64,000 nucleotides of DNA, taken from Cyanophyceae cyanobacterium. GTDB taxonomy: Bacteria > Cyanobacteriota > Cyanobacteriia > Cyanobacteriales > Laspinemataceae. The position numbers and the translations under genes are program-made. The notes beneath the pieces are model-generated. The model saw only the letters and a list, made by a program, of their open reading frames with translations. It was not told the DNA's origin and did no database searches. Positions 1 to 8,743 of this stretch are shown here, one piece after another; within the stretch, counting starts at the first letter, position 1; each line of letters starts with the position of its first letter. The DNA lies in assembly GCA_038321985.1 (NCBI GenBank), contig JBBQFN010000003.1, positions 160,001-224,000 on the forward strand, in the 5' to 3' direction.

Positions 1-300
1 GATTTAAACCGCGTCGATTTACAAGGGGCCAGCTTGTGGAAAGCTAGCCTGAGTAAGGCAGACTTGATGAATGCCAATATGCCACTGACGGATTGTTCCG
101 GTGCTGATCTCGTCAGCACGAGCTTTGTGGGCGCGAATTTGGAAAAAGCGGACCTGAGCAGTGCGAACCTGATCGCGTCTGATTTTGGGGGGGCTAATTT
201 AACCGATGCAAATTTGATTGGGGCGAACCTGTGGAACAGCAATCTCAATGGTGCTAATCTACACAATACTATTCTTCCAGACGGACATCAACATTTTTAA
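1..300 (+). CDS. Pentapeptide repeat protein, 5'-truncated by the window edge
   Basis: Frame 1 is open from base 1 (DLNRVDLQGASLWK...) with A(D/N)Lxx repeats and the typical end TILPDG; stop at 300. Confidence 0.9.
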   Translation, partial: DLNRVDLQGASLWKASLSKADLMNANMPLTDCSGADLVSTSFVGANLEKADLSSANLIASDFGGANLTDANLIGANLWNSNLNGANLHNTILPDGHQHF

Positions 301-417
301 AGGGCCTAGGTTCAGTCCATCGATCGCCCTTGTGTCAGGATTCCCCCATCAATTAAAAGCGGGCGCAATCTCCCTAATGCGATCGCAGGTCCCGCAAATG
401 CCTAAGATAGAGGAGAT

Positions 418-1926
418 TTGGGGATCGGTTGGCGTGCAAAACCAGCCTGTACTTCTTCTACTGACCCCAATTCACTACTTGATCTGATCAGCTTGCTCGA
501 TCGCCCGAAAGAGCAGCCCCCAAAAATTATGGAGTCTGTGGGAGTCAACGGCATGACCGCGAAAATCATCTTGTATAAATCCCTAGAAGCCCTAGTCTTT
601 TTGCTAGGAGCGGCTTCTGCCCTTTTTATAACGCGCATCCCCGCTTGGGGACAAGAGGCAGAAATAACCCCTGTGAATCTTCAATTCCTCTATCCTCCCG
701 CAGCGGATTCGTTGCTACAGGGAACAACCTCCCTTAACAACCCCCCATCCAATTCTGCGGAGGGTTTAAAAGGCGAGGGCCTAGAACAGGGTATTTCCCA
801 ACAAAGGCAAAACCCGCCGACTCAACCTCAGCGTCCAGAACTAGAAACGATTCAAGAAGAACTGGATGATGACCCGGATTTTGCTGTGGTTCCTCTCCCG
901 CGCTATAGCTCAATTAAAGGAATTCATGGCACCGTTGACTTTATCTTGACCAACATCGGGGAAAATAACCATACCCTCGATCTGCGCCTCGAAGGCGGTG
1001 AAAGCACCATTGGGGGAACGTTACGCTATACCGACCCTTGGCAAGAGTCGGGACCTCTAGATCCGGGCTATCAAGTCCGCTTATATAATACCCGATCGCC
1101 CGAATCCCAGTTCCTCAACGGCGAGCGCGAAGTCAATTTGATTCATGATCACGAGGCTTGGGTCGATCGCCTAGGCGGAAGTTTCTCCCTTTATCAACCC
1201 GTCACCCCCACCGGCATCGTTGTCTCAGCCGGAGCCAGCTACCAGCGGGTAGCCATTCGCAACTCAGCTTTTACCAGTCAGCTCTTTAGCAGCGATCGCC
1301 TAGGCAATCCCCTAACCTTTAGCGAGGAAGGTCTAGATACCCTCGTTACCCTCAATCTCGGTCTATTCCAGGATCGACGGGACAGTGACGAATGGCCCAC
1401 CCGAGGTTATCGCTTTCAACTCGCCACCGAGCAATCCATCCCCGTTGGCAGCGCCGATATCCTATTTAACCGCTTGAGTGCCAGTTTTACCCAATTCGTC
1501 CCCTTTCAGGACCAAACCTTTGTCTTTAACCTTCAAGGAGGAACCATCATCGGTGATGTCCCCCCCTATCAAGCCTTTAATCTGGGCGGCAGTGACTCCG
1601 TGCGTGGCTATCAAGACGGAGAAATCGGGACCGGGCAAAGTTATATTCAAGGCACGGTAGAATATCGCTTTCCCCTACTCGAAGACTTAAATATTCCTTA
1701 TTCCTCAGACTTAGGCGGAACCGTTTTTGCCGATTTTGCTAGCGACCTCGGTTCTGGGGATGAGGTACATGGCGAACCGGGGTCCGTGCGGAATAAACCG
1801 GGTAATGGGTTTGGCTTAGGTCTCGGCGTCCGGCTGCTTACGGATTTTGGCCCCGTGCGGCTGGAATTTGCAGTCAGTGATCAGCGGGATGTCAGCGCCA
1901 TCTTTAAGATTGGGGAACGCTTCTAA
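418..1926 (+). CDS. Omp85/BamA-TamA family outer-membrane beta-barrel lacking obvious POTRA domains; true start probably 529 or 553
   Basis: SVRGY loop-6 motif, GPVRLEFA and C-terminal FKIGERF; signal-peptide-like hydrophobic stretch ending IPAWG/Q. Confidence 0.85.
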   Translation: MGIGWRAKPACTSSTDPNSLLDLISLLDRPKEQPPKIMESVGVNGMTAKIILYKSLEALVFLLGAASALFITRIPAWGQEAEITPVNLQFLYPPAADSLLQGTTSLNNPPSNSAEGLKGEGLEQGISQQRQNPPTQPQRPELETIQEELDDDPDFAVVPLPRYSSIKGIHGTVDFILTNIGENNHTLDLRLEGGESTIGGTLRYTDPWQESGPLDPGYQVRLYNTRSPESQFLNGEREVNLIHDHEAWVDRLGGSFSLYQPVTPTGIVVSAGASYQRVAIRNSAFTSQLFSSDRLGNPLTFSEEGLDTLVTLNLGLFQDRRDSDEWPTRGYRFQLATEQSIPVGSADILFNRLSASFTQFVPFQDQTFVFNLQGGTIIGDVPPYQAFNLGGSDSVRGYQDGEIGTGQSYIQGTVEYRFPLLEDLNIPYSSDLGGTVFADFASDLGSGDEVHGEPGSVRNKPGNGFGLGLGVRLLTDFGPVRLEFAVSDQRDVSAIFKIGERF

Positions 1927-1994
1927 AGCCCGAGTTCTCACCCTCACTTACACAAATCCTCACGGCTCAATTTACCGATCGCCATCACCCTAAC

Positions 1995-2861
1995 ATGGAT
2001 ATTCATGAACTGCTAACCCGATACGCTCAAGGAGAGAGACTCTTTTCCAAAGTCAATTTATGTGAGGCGCACCTAAGCGGCACGAATCTCAGCCGAGGGA
2101 TTTTTCGCGATGCCACCTTACAGGAAATTAATCTTAGTTCCGCTTATCTCAGACGGACGGATTTTCGCGGTGCGGACTTGAAGGGAGCAGACCTCCGAGG
2201 GTCCTATCTGAAAGGGTCTGACCTCCGAGGTGCAGATTTGAGATGGGCGGATATGGGAGCAACGGACATTTCTGATGCCCTCTACAACAGCCAGACTCAA
2301 TTTCCCCTAGGGGTTGATCCCAAAGCCAGAAATGCTTATGAGATCGCCCCAAAGGCGGATTTATCCCTCGCTTATCTTTACAAAGCTGATTTGCGCTGGA
2401 CGAAGCTCACCGATGCCAACCTCTCCCAAGCCTATCTATACCGAGCGGATCTGCGTTCTGCGGACCTGCGGGGAACTGATTTAAGTGAGGCTAACCTTCG
2501 GGCTGCGTTGTGTGATGGGGACACCTGCTTTCCCGAAGGGTTTGATGCTAATAGTGCCGGTGTTTATTGGATCGGCCCTCACGTTTTCCTCCCGGATGCC
2601 CTCCTGTGCGGGGCGAGACTCAGCGGGGTAGACTTCAGTGGAGCCGATTTGAGCGGTGCTGACTTGACGCGTGCGGACCTCTCTCGTGCCAATTTGGAGA
2701 ATGCCAACCTCAGTGGCGCTAATTTGACAGCAGCCAATTTGCTCGGGTCCAATTTACTGGGTGCCCAAGTGACTGATGCGGAATTTGCTAACGCCGATTT
2801 ACGCGGCGCGATCGCCCCCGATGGTACCCCAACCGCCAACTTAGCCCGCGATCGGGTTTAA
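1995..2861 (+). CDS. Pentapeptide repeat protein
   Basis: N-terminus ELLTRYAQGERLF, ADLxG repeats, two TxFPxGxD interruptions. Confidence 0.92.
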   Translation: MDIHELLTRYAQGERLFSKVNLCEAHLSGTNLSRGIFRDATLQEINLSSAYLRRTDFRGADLKGADLRGSYLKGSDLRGADLRWADMGATDISDALYNSQTQFPLGVDPKARNAYEIAPKADLSLAYLYKADLRWTKLTDANLSQAYLYRADLRSADLRGTDLSEANLRAALCDGDTCFPEGFDANSAGVYWIGPHVFLPDALLCGARLSGVDFSGADLSGADLTRADLSRANLENANLSGANLTAANLLGSNLLGAQVTDAEFANADLRGAIAPDGTPTANLARDRV

Positions 2862-2862
2862 A

Positions 2863-2903
2863 AATTAAGAGACTTGAGATCAGGCATCTCAAGTCTCTTA
2901 ATT
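2863..2903. terminator. Bidirectional terminator-like hairpin between convergent genes
   Basis: Perfect 18-bp inverted repeat AATTAAGAGACTTGAGAT-caggc-ATCTCAAGTCTCTTAATT. Confidence 0.8.
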
Positions 2904-2935
2904 CTCACAATTTCGCACTCACCCTTAAAATTTAC

Positions 2936-3664
2936 TTAAAATTTAGAAATTCTAAACCCTTGTGGCAGATTTGCACCGTCTAATTGTGCCTGCTGTAGAT
3001 TAGAATTTTTTACCTGAGCACCGGATAAATCCGACGCCATCAGGTTCGCCCCCATCAGGTTAGCATCCGTGAGGTTGGCATCTCGTAAGTTAATTCCGGC
3101 GATATCAAAGGGATACGCTTGACCATCCTGAAGACTGAACTGAAGATCGTTGCCGACAGACTGCTGCGTATTGTAAAGATTGGCCCCCACCAGTTCGGCA
3201 CTCTCTAGGTTGGCACCGACTAAGTTAGCCCATTGTAAATTGGCATTCGTTAAATTTGCAATTACCATTCCTGCCAAGGTGAGGTTAGCACGGGATAAGT
3301 CTACATTTTCCAAATTTGCCCCATGGAGTCTCGCGGCCATCAAACTCGCACCGCGTAATTTCGCATCCATTAGCTGAGCATTGACGAGGTCCGCTTCATT
3401 CAGATTAGCTCCCTCTAAGTTGCTGCCGTTGAGGTTCGCGCGCTCTAGGTTCGCCCCTCGTAAGTTTTGCCCTGCTAAATTAACTCCACTGAGGTCACAT
3501 CCGGGACACTCGTTGGTTTCCAGTAACTGTTTCACGTCTTCTGGGTTAGACGCTAATGCCGGTGCTGTCATAGTCGCCGCCATCGTGGTTGTGATTGTCC
3601 AGGCGGCGATCGCAAATATCCCTGATTTCATGCTGCTCATACATTCCCCATCACCTCTCCTCAT
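2936..3664 (-). CDS. Exported pentapeptide repeat protein
   Basis: Signal peptide ending PALA-S, NPEDVKQLLETNECPGCDL motif, ANLxx repeats. Confidence 0.92.
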   Translation of the reverse strand: MRRGDGECMSSMKSGIFAIAAWTITTTMAATMTAPALASNPEDVKQLLETNECPGCDLSGVNLAGQNLRGANLERANLNGSNLEGANLNEADLVNAQLMDAKLRGASLMAARLHGANLENVDLSRANLTLAGMVIANLTNANLQWANLVGANLESAELVGANLYNTQQSVGNDLQFSLQDGQAYPFDIAGINLRDANLTDANLMGANLMASDLSGAQVKNSNLQQAQLDGANLPQGFRISKF

Positions 3665-3870
3665 GCCTCCTAATTATCCGGCATTATGAATAATTTCGCC
3701 GTGATTCTTATCGAACACTCAATGCGATCGCGATCGGTGCTCTAAGGCGATCGATATCACCTTTAATCCTCACCCTAAACCGATTGCCACACACTAAGTA
3801 CATTAACTCATTGACAAATTCTCACTAGCCACCTTCTAAAAATCCCCCCTGAATCAGGAGGGATAACCTC

Positions 3871-3900
3871 TGTGGAGACCAGAAATGGGGCGTCTCTACA
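3871..3900 (-). repeat. GTAG-type REP-like palindrome
   Basis: Minus strand TGTAGAGACG-CCCCATTTCT-GGTCTCCACA, just after the 3' end of the 115-aa gene. Confidence 0.5.
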
Positions 3901-3918
3901 GACTTCAGCCATCAGCCA

Positions 3919-4266
3919 TCATCCATGGTTTAAAATCGATTCAAACGTGGCCCGTAAGGAACTCACATCCGCCACCCGAGCCACTAGCAAATTATGATCC
4001 CCCGCATCTTCTAAACGCCCTTTCCAATAACCAATTTTATCGGGGTTATGAAGCCAAAAGTTGATCACGGTTTGCACCACTCCATCTAAATCCCACTCCT
4101 TAGCGGGAGAAACGGTTTGCACGGAATCAATAAACGCATCAAGAGTGCATTTTTGAGTACCGAGATATTCCACACCTACCCTAGAATCAGCAATAACTGT
4201 CTCCTGTTGTTGATTAAAAAAGTATAAAATTGGGGAGACCCCTAAAAGGTCGAAGGTGTATTTCAT
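3919..4266 (-). CDS. Hypothetical protein (115 aa), probably conserved in cyanobacteria
   Basis: AAGGAG RBS upstream, protein-like composition, no recognised domain. Confidence 0.75.
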   Translation of the reverse strand: MKYTFDLLGVSPILYFFNQQQETVIADSRVGVEYLGTQKCTLDAFIDSVQTVSPAKEWDLDGVVQTVINFWLHNPDKIGYWKGRLEDAGDHNLLVARVADVSSLRATFESILNHG

Positions 4267-4427
4267 CTCAACATTCTCCTTCGTTCTATTTGTGTTTTAA
4301 TATCTTTTTGATACCAGACTTTGGAGGAACCAATCGTTATCTGTGTTACCAGAATAACCCGAATTGTAAAAGTTTGGAGGGAATTTAACAAATCTATTCC
4401 CCGGGAGTGAGATTGCCCCAATATTTG

Positions 4428-4454
4428 TTAGCACTCTAACTGGGAGAGTGCTAA
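4428..4454. promoter_or_regulatory. CIRCE element (HrcA operator)
   Basis: TTAGCACTC-taactggga-GAGTGCTAA is an exact match to TTAGCACTC-N9-GAGTGCTAA. Confidence 0.92.
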
Positions 4455-4535
4455 TAAATGAACCTTTAAAAAGCCCCAGGACTGCCTGATCGCTCCCTAA
4501 ATTTGATACTCTAAATAGAACATTTATTTAACCCT

Positions 4536-5480
4536 TTGTTCCGGATGAATGCGATCGCAGAATTGACAGGTGAGTTAGCCGCCATTGGTGCTGCATTGTT
4601 GTGGGCAGTCGCCTCCGTCGTTTACGGTTACCTAGGGCAGAAAATTCCCCCAATGCTGCTCAATTTAAGTAAAGGAATCGTCGCGATCGCCCTGCTGATC
4701 CTCACCCTGATCCTGCGAGACCTAATTTTGCCGGGGATGAATCTCACCCTCGCCCAACCCCTCCCAGACTTCAATCATTTAGCCGGACCCTTCTTCCTGT
4801 TACTACTCAGTGGGGCAGTGGGCATTAGTTTCGGGGATACGGTTTTTTTTGCCGCCCTGAATCAACTCGGTGCAAGGCGAACTCTTTTAATTCAAACCTT
4901 GGCACCGCCTCTGACTGCCTTACTCGCCATCCTATTTTTAGAGGAACAACTCCCCCTCATTGCCTGGGGTGGGATGATCATCACCATTATTGGGGTTGCT
5001 TGGACCATTGCCGAACGCGTTACTATCTCTAACACCACCCCGCCTCACGTCCAGGGCGTCAGTTTGGGATTGTTGGCGGCCCTAGCCCAGGCAAGCGGGG
5101 CGGTTCTCTCTCGCGCTGCCCTCGCCCAAACAGAGATTGACCCGTTATGGAGTACCTTGATGCGCTTGTTGGCCGGAGTCTCTATCTTGCTGCTAGGGAT
5201 CTTGTGGAAACAGGGCCGTAGTTTTCTCCATCAGTTGTGGTCTAAACGCCTATTTGCGATCGTTATCGTCACCGCATTTTTTAGCACCTATCTCGGGATT
5301 TGGTTATCGCAAATTTCTCTGAAGTTTGCACCCGCAGGCATTGCCCAAACCCTAAGTGCAACCAGTCCCATCTTTGTTTTACCCATCGCGCTCGCCATTG
5401 GGGAAGTAGTCAGCCTTCGGGCAATTCTCGGGGCAGTTGTCTGTTTATTAGGAATTGCCCTCTTATTCCTCTGGCGCTAA
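4536..5480 (+). CDS. DMT/EamA family transporter; start possibly 4545
   Basis: About 10 hydrophobic helices in two repeats; GELAAIGAALLWA and GISFGDTVFF motifs. Confidence 0.88.
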   Translation: MFRMNAIAELTGELAAIGAALLWAVASVVYGYLGQKIPPMLLNLSKGIVAIALLILTLILRDLILPGMNLTLAQPLPDFNHLAGPFFLLLLSGAVGISFGDTVFFAALNQLGARRTLLIQTLAPPLTALLAILFLEEQLPLIAWGGMIITIIGVAWTIAERVTISNTTPPHVQGVSLGLLAALAQASGAVLSRAALAQTEIDPLWSTLMRLLAGVSILLLGILWKQGRSFLHQLWSKRLFAIVIVTAFFSTYLGIWLSQISLKFAPAGIAQTLSATSPIFVLPIALAIGEVVSLRAILGAVVCLLGIALLFLWR

Positions 5481-5709
5481 TCTCACGATATCCCTAAAAA
5501 ACGCGACTTTATTTTTCTGAAACCCCTAGACTTTTTCGTTTTTTTATGATAAGATAAAGTTGATAAGGAAGAACTATCTTTTAACCTTTAATTTAACACA
5601 GATTCCCATTATATAATAATATCAAAAATTGTCAAATTTGTTGCAGAAACAACAACTCTATTTTGTAGCGTACTCACCCGTTTTTTAGCGGGAAAACGGG
5701 TGATCGCAC

Positions 5710-6372
5710 TTAGCGTTTGAACGCCAGAGAGAGTCCATCGGCGATCGGAACTACACTCAACGAGATCCGTTCATCTTGGGCTAACTTAGCATTCACAGCT
5801 CTAATCGCTTCAGTATTGGGATCATCAACCGTAGGGTCAGCGACTTGACCCCCCCACAACACATTATCAATAGCAATTAAACCCCCGGTGCGAACCAGTT
5901 GCAGACAGCGTTCGTAATAATGACCGTAGTTTTCCTTATCCGCATCAATAAAGGCAAAATCAAACGTACCCGCCTCGCCAGATTCCAGGAGGCGATCGAG
6001 GGTATCCAATGCAGGTGCAATCCGCAAATCAATCTTATCCGCCACTCCTGCCGCCTGCCAATAAGGGCGTGCGATTGCCGTATAATCTGCGCTAATATCA
6101 CAAGCGACAATTCTACCCTGTTCCGGGAGAGCCAACGCCACCGCTAAGGCGCTGTAGCCGGTAAAAACGCCGACTTCCAGGGTTTTGGTGGCCCCGAGTA
6201 ATTGCACCAACAGGGCCATAAATTGGCCTTGTTCCGGTGCGATCTGCATTCGAGAAAGAGGATGAGAGGCGGTTTCCTCTCGTAAAGAGCGCATAACTTC
6301 AGGTTCACGCCCACAAATCGAGAGGAAATACTCGTGGAGGCGATCGTCTAATCCTAACGTTTTGTTAGACAT
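5710..6372 (-). CDS. SAM-dependent O-methyltransferase, caffeoyl-CoA OMT family
   Basis: LEVGVFTGYS, FIDADKENY, IDNVLW motifs. Confidence 0.93.
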   Translation of the reverse strand: MSNKTLGLDDRLHEYFLSICGREPEVMRSLREETASHPLSRMQIAPEQGQFMALLVQLLGATKTLEVGVFTGYSALAVALALPEQGRIVACDISADYTAIARPYWQAAGVADKIDLRIAPALDTLDRLLESGEAGTFDFAFIDADKENYGHYYERCLQLVRTGGLIAIDNVLWGGQVADPTVDDPNTEAIRAVNAKLAQDERISLSVVPIADGLSLAFKR

Positions 6373-6445
6373 AGTTGAGTAGGGTTAAGGGTAGAGGGTG
6401 ATAACAGGAATAGATCTATAGTAGATAGTAAAAGGGGAAGTTAAC

Positions 6446-6922
6446 ATGAGTAGCATCCAAATTAAACCAATTTTAAGAGCGATCGCGCTGACCCTTTTAA
6501 TTGGGTTGTTGAGTAGCTGTAGTATTAATTTAAGTGTGACGGGATTTCAGCCGACGCGAGAGGTTATCCAACGGGCGATCGCCCTACAACTGAGTCAAAA
6601 CCAGGAAGAACTTCGACAGCATCTTAGTCAGCATGGGCAATCCGGGAATCCTATGCCCAACTATGAAGTGAATCGGGTGGAGATTTGGGAACAAGACCCT
6701 TTGAAAATTAACGGACTGCTGACTTATCATATCCAAGGCATTTATAACTTAACTATTCAACTCCCCGAAAAACGGGTCACCGATCGCAAAAATAACTTTG
6801 ACCTGTATTTGCAACGGCAACAAGAGGGGAAAACTTGGCGGGTAGCGAAACCGATAGCTACGGAAGAAAAGGAGCAGCAAACTTGGGCAACTTATTTAAT
6901 TAAGCCGCCCGGTTATATGTGA
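6446..6922 (+). CDS. Hypothetical lipoprotein
   Basis: Lipobox LSSC after a hydrophobic signal; RBS AGGGGAAG. Confidence 0.75.
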   Translation: MSSIQIKPILRAIALTLLIGLLSSCSINLSVTGFQPTREVIQRAIALQLSQNQEELRQHLSQHGQSGNPMPNYEVNRVEIWEQDPLKINGLLTYHIQGIYNLTIQLPEKRVTDRKNNFDLYLQRQQEGKTWRVAKPIATEEKEQQTWATYLIKPPGYM

Positions 6923-7034
6923 TAGTGAATCCCGCTTTAAAAGTCTAATTGACCCCATAGCCGGGGTCGGGAGCTTTGTTCCTGTAGGCGCACCCGCCGG
7001 GGTTTCGGCGATCGCTAATACCGACCCGCAAGCC

Positions 7035-8579
7035 CTAAGAAAAATCCCAGACCCACTCACATAAATTCCAGTGAAATTGAAGTTGTGCCGGGTCCGGTCG
7101 AAATTCCGGCACAGTCGCCTGACGAAGGAGTTTCCCGTGGTATTCGGCGTAACTGGTTTCCCGTAATCGGGGAGCAAACAGTATGGTCATTGATTGGGGT
7201 TCGATCGCCAACAAATGCAGATCAAAGAGAGTATGAATATCTGCTCGCAACAATAAGCCGGATGAGGGATGAGTGGAAGAAAGGGCAGCCTTGAAGTTGA
7301 GATAAACCGCTTCTAAAACAGGTTCTACATTACAATCCGTGATGGCGCAACAGCCCTCATACGCAGCAAATAGGTTTTGCCGTAATTCTCCAGGGCCGCG
7401 CCGGTGAGAAATCGCAATACTCGCACTGTTAAAATGCCTGAGTTTACCCACAGGGAGTCCCAATTCTGGCCCAGAATCAGCCTGGGGGCCGGGGAGGGAG
7501 ACCCTCGTTCCATTCTCCCGTGGTAAAGGAGGGATGACAAATTCTAAGGGTTCTGGAGTCGGAGCAATTGCAGCATCCGGGGGGTTCAAAGGCGATCTCC
7601 TTGCCTTTGAGGAAGACAAGGGTTCCAGTGAACCTGTAACAGGACCTCTCGACGAAGCTGGGGGAGCATTTGGGGAGTAACCATTGGCGAAAAGCAAGAG
7701 GTCTTTCTTCGTCTGATTTGCCCCGGGTTCAACCGGGGAAGTCGGAGCGATTTCCGGGGGCTGTCGCATTTGGGGGATCGACCCATTCGGCAGTAGCGCT
7801 TGCTCTAAACTGTTCCCATTCGGCAACCTTGCCCCCTTCAGGTTTGCTCCCTTCAGAGAAACCCCCTGCATATTCTCGATCGCAGGCATTTGAGCCTCGC
7901 TCAGATTGGCCCCCTCGAAACTGGTGCTAAACAATTTAGCATCCGTCAAATTAGCCCGTTGTAGAGACGCTTGGTTGAGATTAGTCCGGGTTAAATTAGC
8001 TCCAATCAGGTTCGCCCGTTCCAGAGTTGCCCCTTGAAGATTGGCCCCTTCCAAATTGGCTCCCGTAAGATTTGCCCCGGTGAGGTTTGCTTCTTGCAGC
8101 TTCCCCCGTTGAATATCGGCATCGGATAAATCTGCATCCTGGAGCATTGCTACCCGCAAATCCGCCCCATTCAGGTTAGCTTTGTCCAGATTGGCATCCT
8201 GAAACTTTGCCAACCGGAGACAAGCCTCTCGCAGATTGGCAAACGAGAGATTGCACTTAATCAGGGTTGCCCCTTGAAGATTCGCTTCACTCAAATCCGC
8301 CCATTGCAAACAAGCCCCTTTCAGGTTGGCGTCTTTCAGGGTCGCTTTGTGCAGAACTGCATCAGAGAGATTTGCTTTTTGAAGGTCCGCCCAAGACAAA
8401 TTGGCCCCTTGGAGATTCGCCCCTTGGAGTTCGCCCCAGCGAATGTAAGCTCCCTGGAGGTCGGCTTCTTGTAAATTAATTCGCTTGAATTCTACACCGC
8501 TGAAATCCGCATTTTTAAAGTTTCTGCGCCCCTCGGCATAAAAGCGGATGACATCTTTTAAGCTGATTTTATCCCCCAT
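7035..8579 (-). CDS. Pentapeptide repeat protein with C-terminal HNH (HNH_2-like) domain
   Basis: About 250 aa of pentapeptide repeats, Pro-rich linker, then AYEGCCAITDC...GLLLRADIHTLFD. Confidence 0.85.
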   Translation of the reverse strand: MGDKISLKDVIRFYAEGRRNFKNADFSGVEFKRINLQEADLQGAYIRWGELQGANLQGANLSWADLQKANLSDAVLHKATLKDANLKGACLQWADLSEANLQGATLIKCNLSFANLREACLRLAKFQDANLDKANLNGADLRVAMLQDADLSDADIQRGKLQEANLTGANLTGANLEGANLQGATLERANLIGANLTRTNLNQASLQRANLTDAKLFSTSFEGANLSEAQMPAIENMQGVSLKGANLKGARLPNGNSLEQALLPNGSIPQMRQPPEIAPTSPVEPGANQTKKDLLLFANGYSPNAPPASSRGPVTGSLEPLSSSKARRSPLNPPDAAIAPTPEPLEFVIPPLPRENGTRVSLPGPQADSGPELGLPVGKLRHFNSASIAISHRRGPGELRQNLFAAYEGCCAITDCNVEPVLEAVYLNFKAALSSTHPSSGLLLRADIHTLFDLHLLAIEPQSMTILFAPRLRETSYAEYHGKLLRQATVPEFRPDPAQLQFHWNLCEWVWDFS

Positions 8580-8680
8580 ATCCCCAGTCCCCCTTCTTCG
8601 TTCTTATTATGAATTGTTTTTAAGAAAATATTCAGGAACTACCCCGAGTGGTGGGACAAGATGGGGATTTGACCCAGGAC

Positions 8681-8705
8681 GTAGGGTGGGTAATGTCCAC
8701 CCTAC
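8681..8705. repeat. GTAG-type REP-like palindrome
   Basis: GTAGGGTGGG-TAATG-TCCACCCTAC downstream of the amidase gene. Confidence 0.65.
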
Positions 8706-8743
8706 TTGGCGACTTGGCACGGATTTTATTCGGGGGAGTTCCC

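Noticed and set aside
4336..4349. NtcA-like site (minus strand GTA-N8-AAC)
   Set aside because: Imperfect palindrome, and the hexamer 22 nt downstream (TATCAA) is not TAN3T
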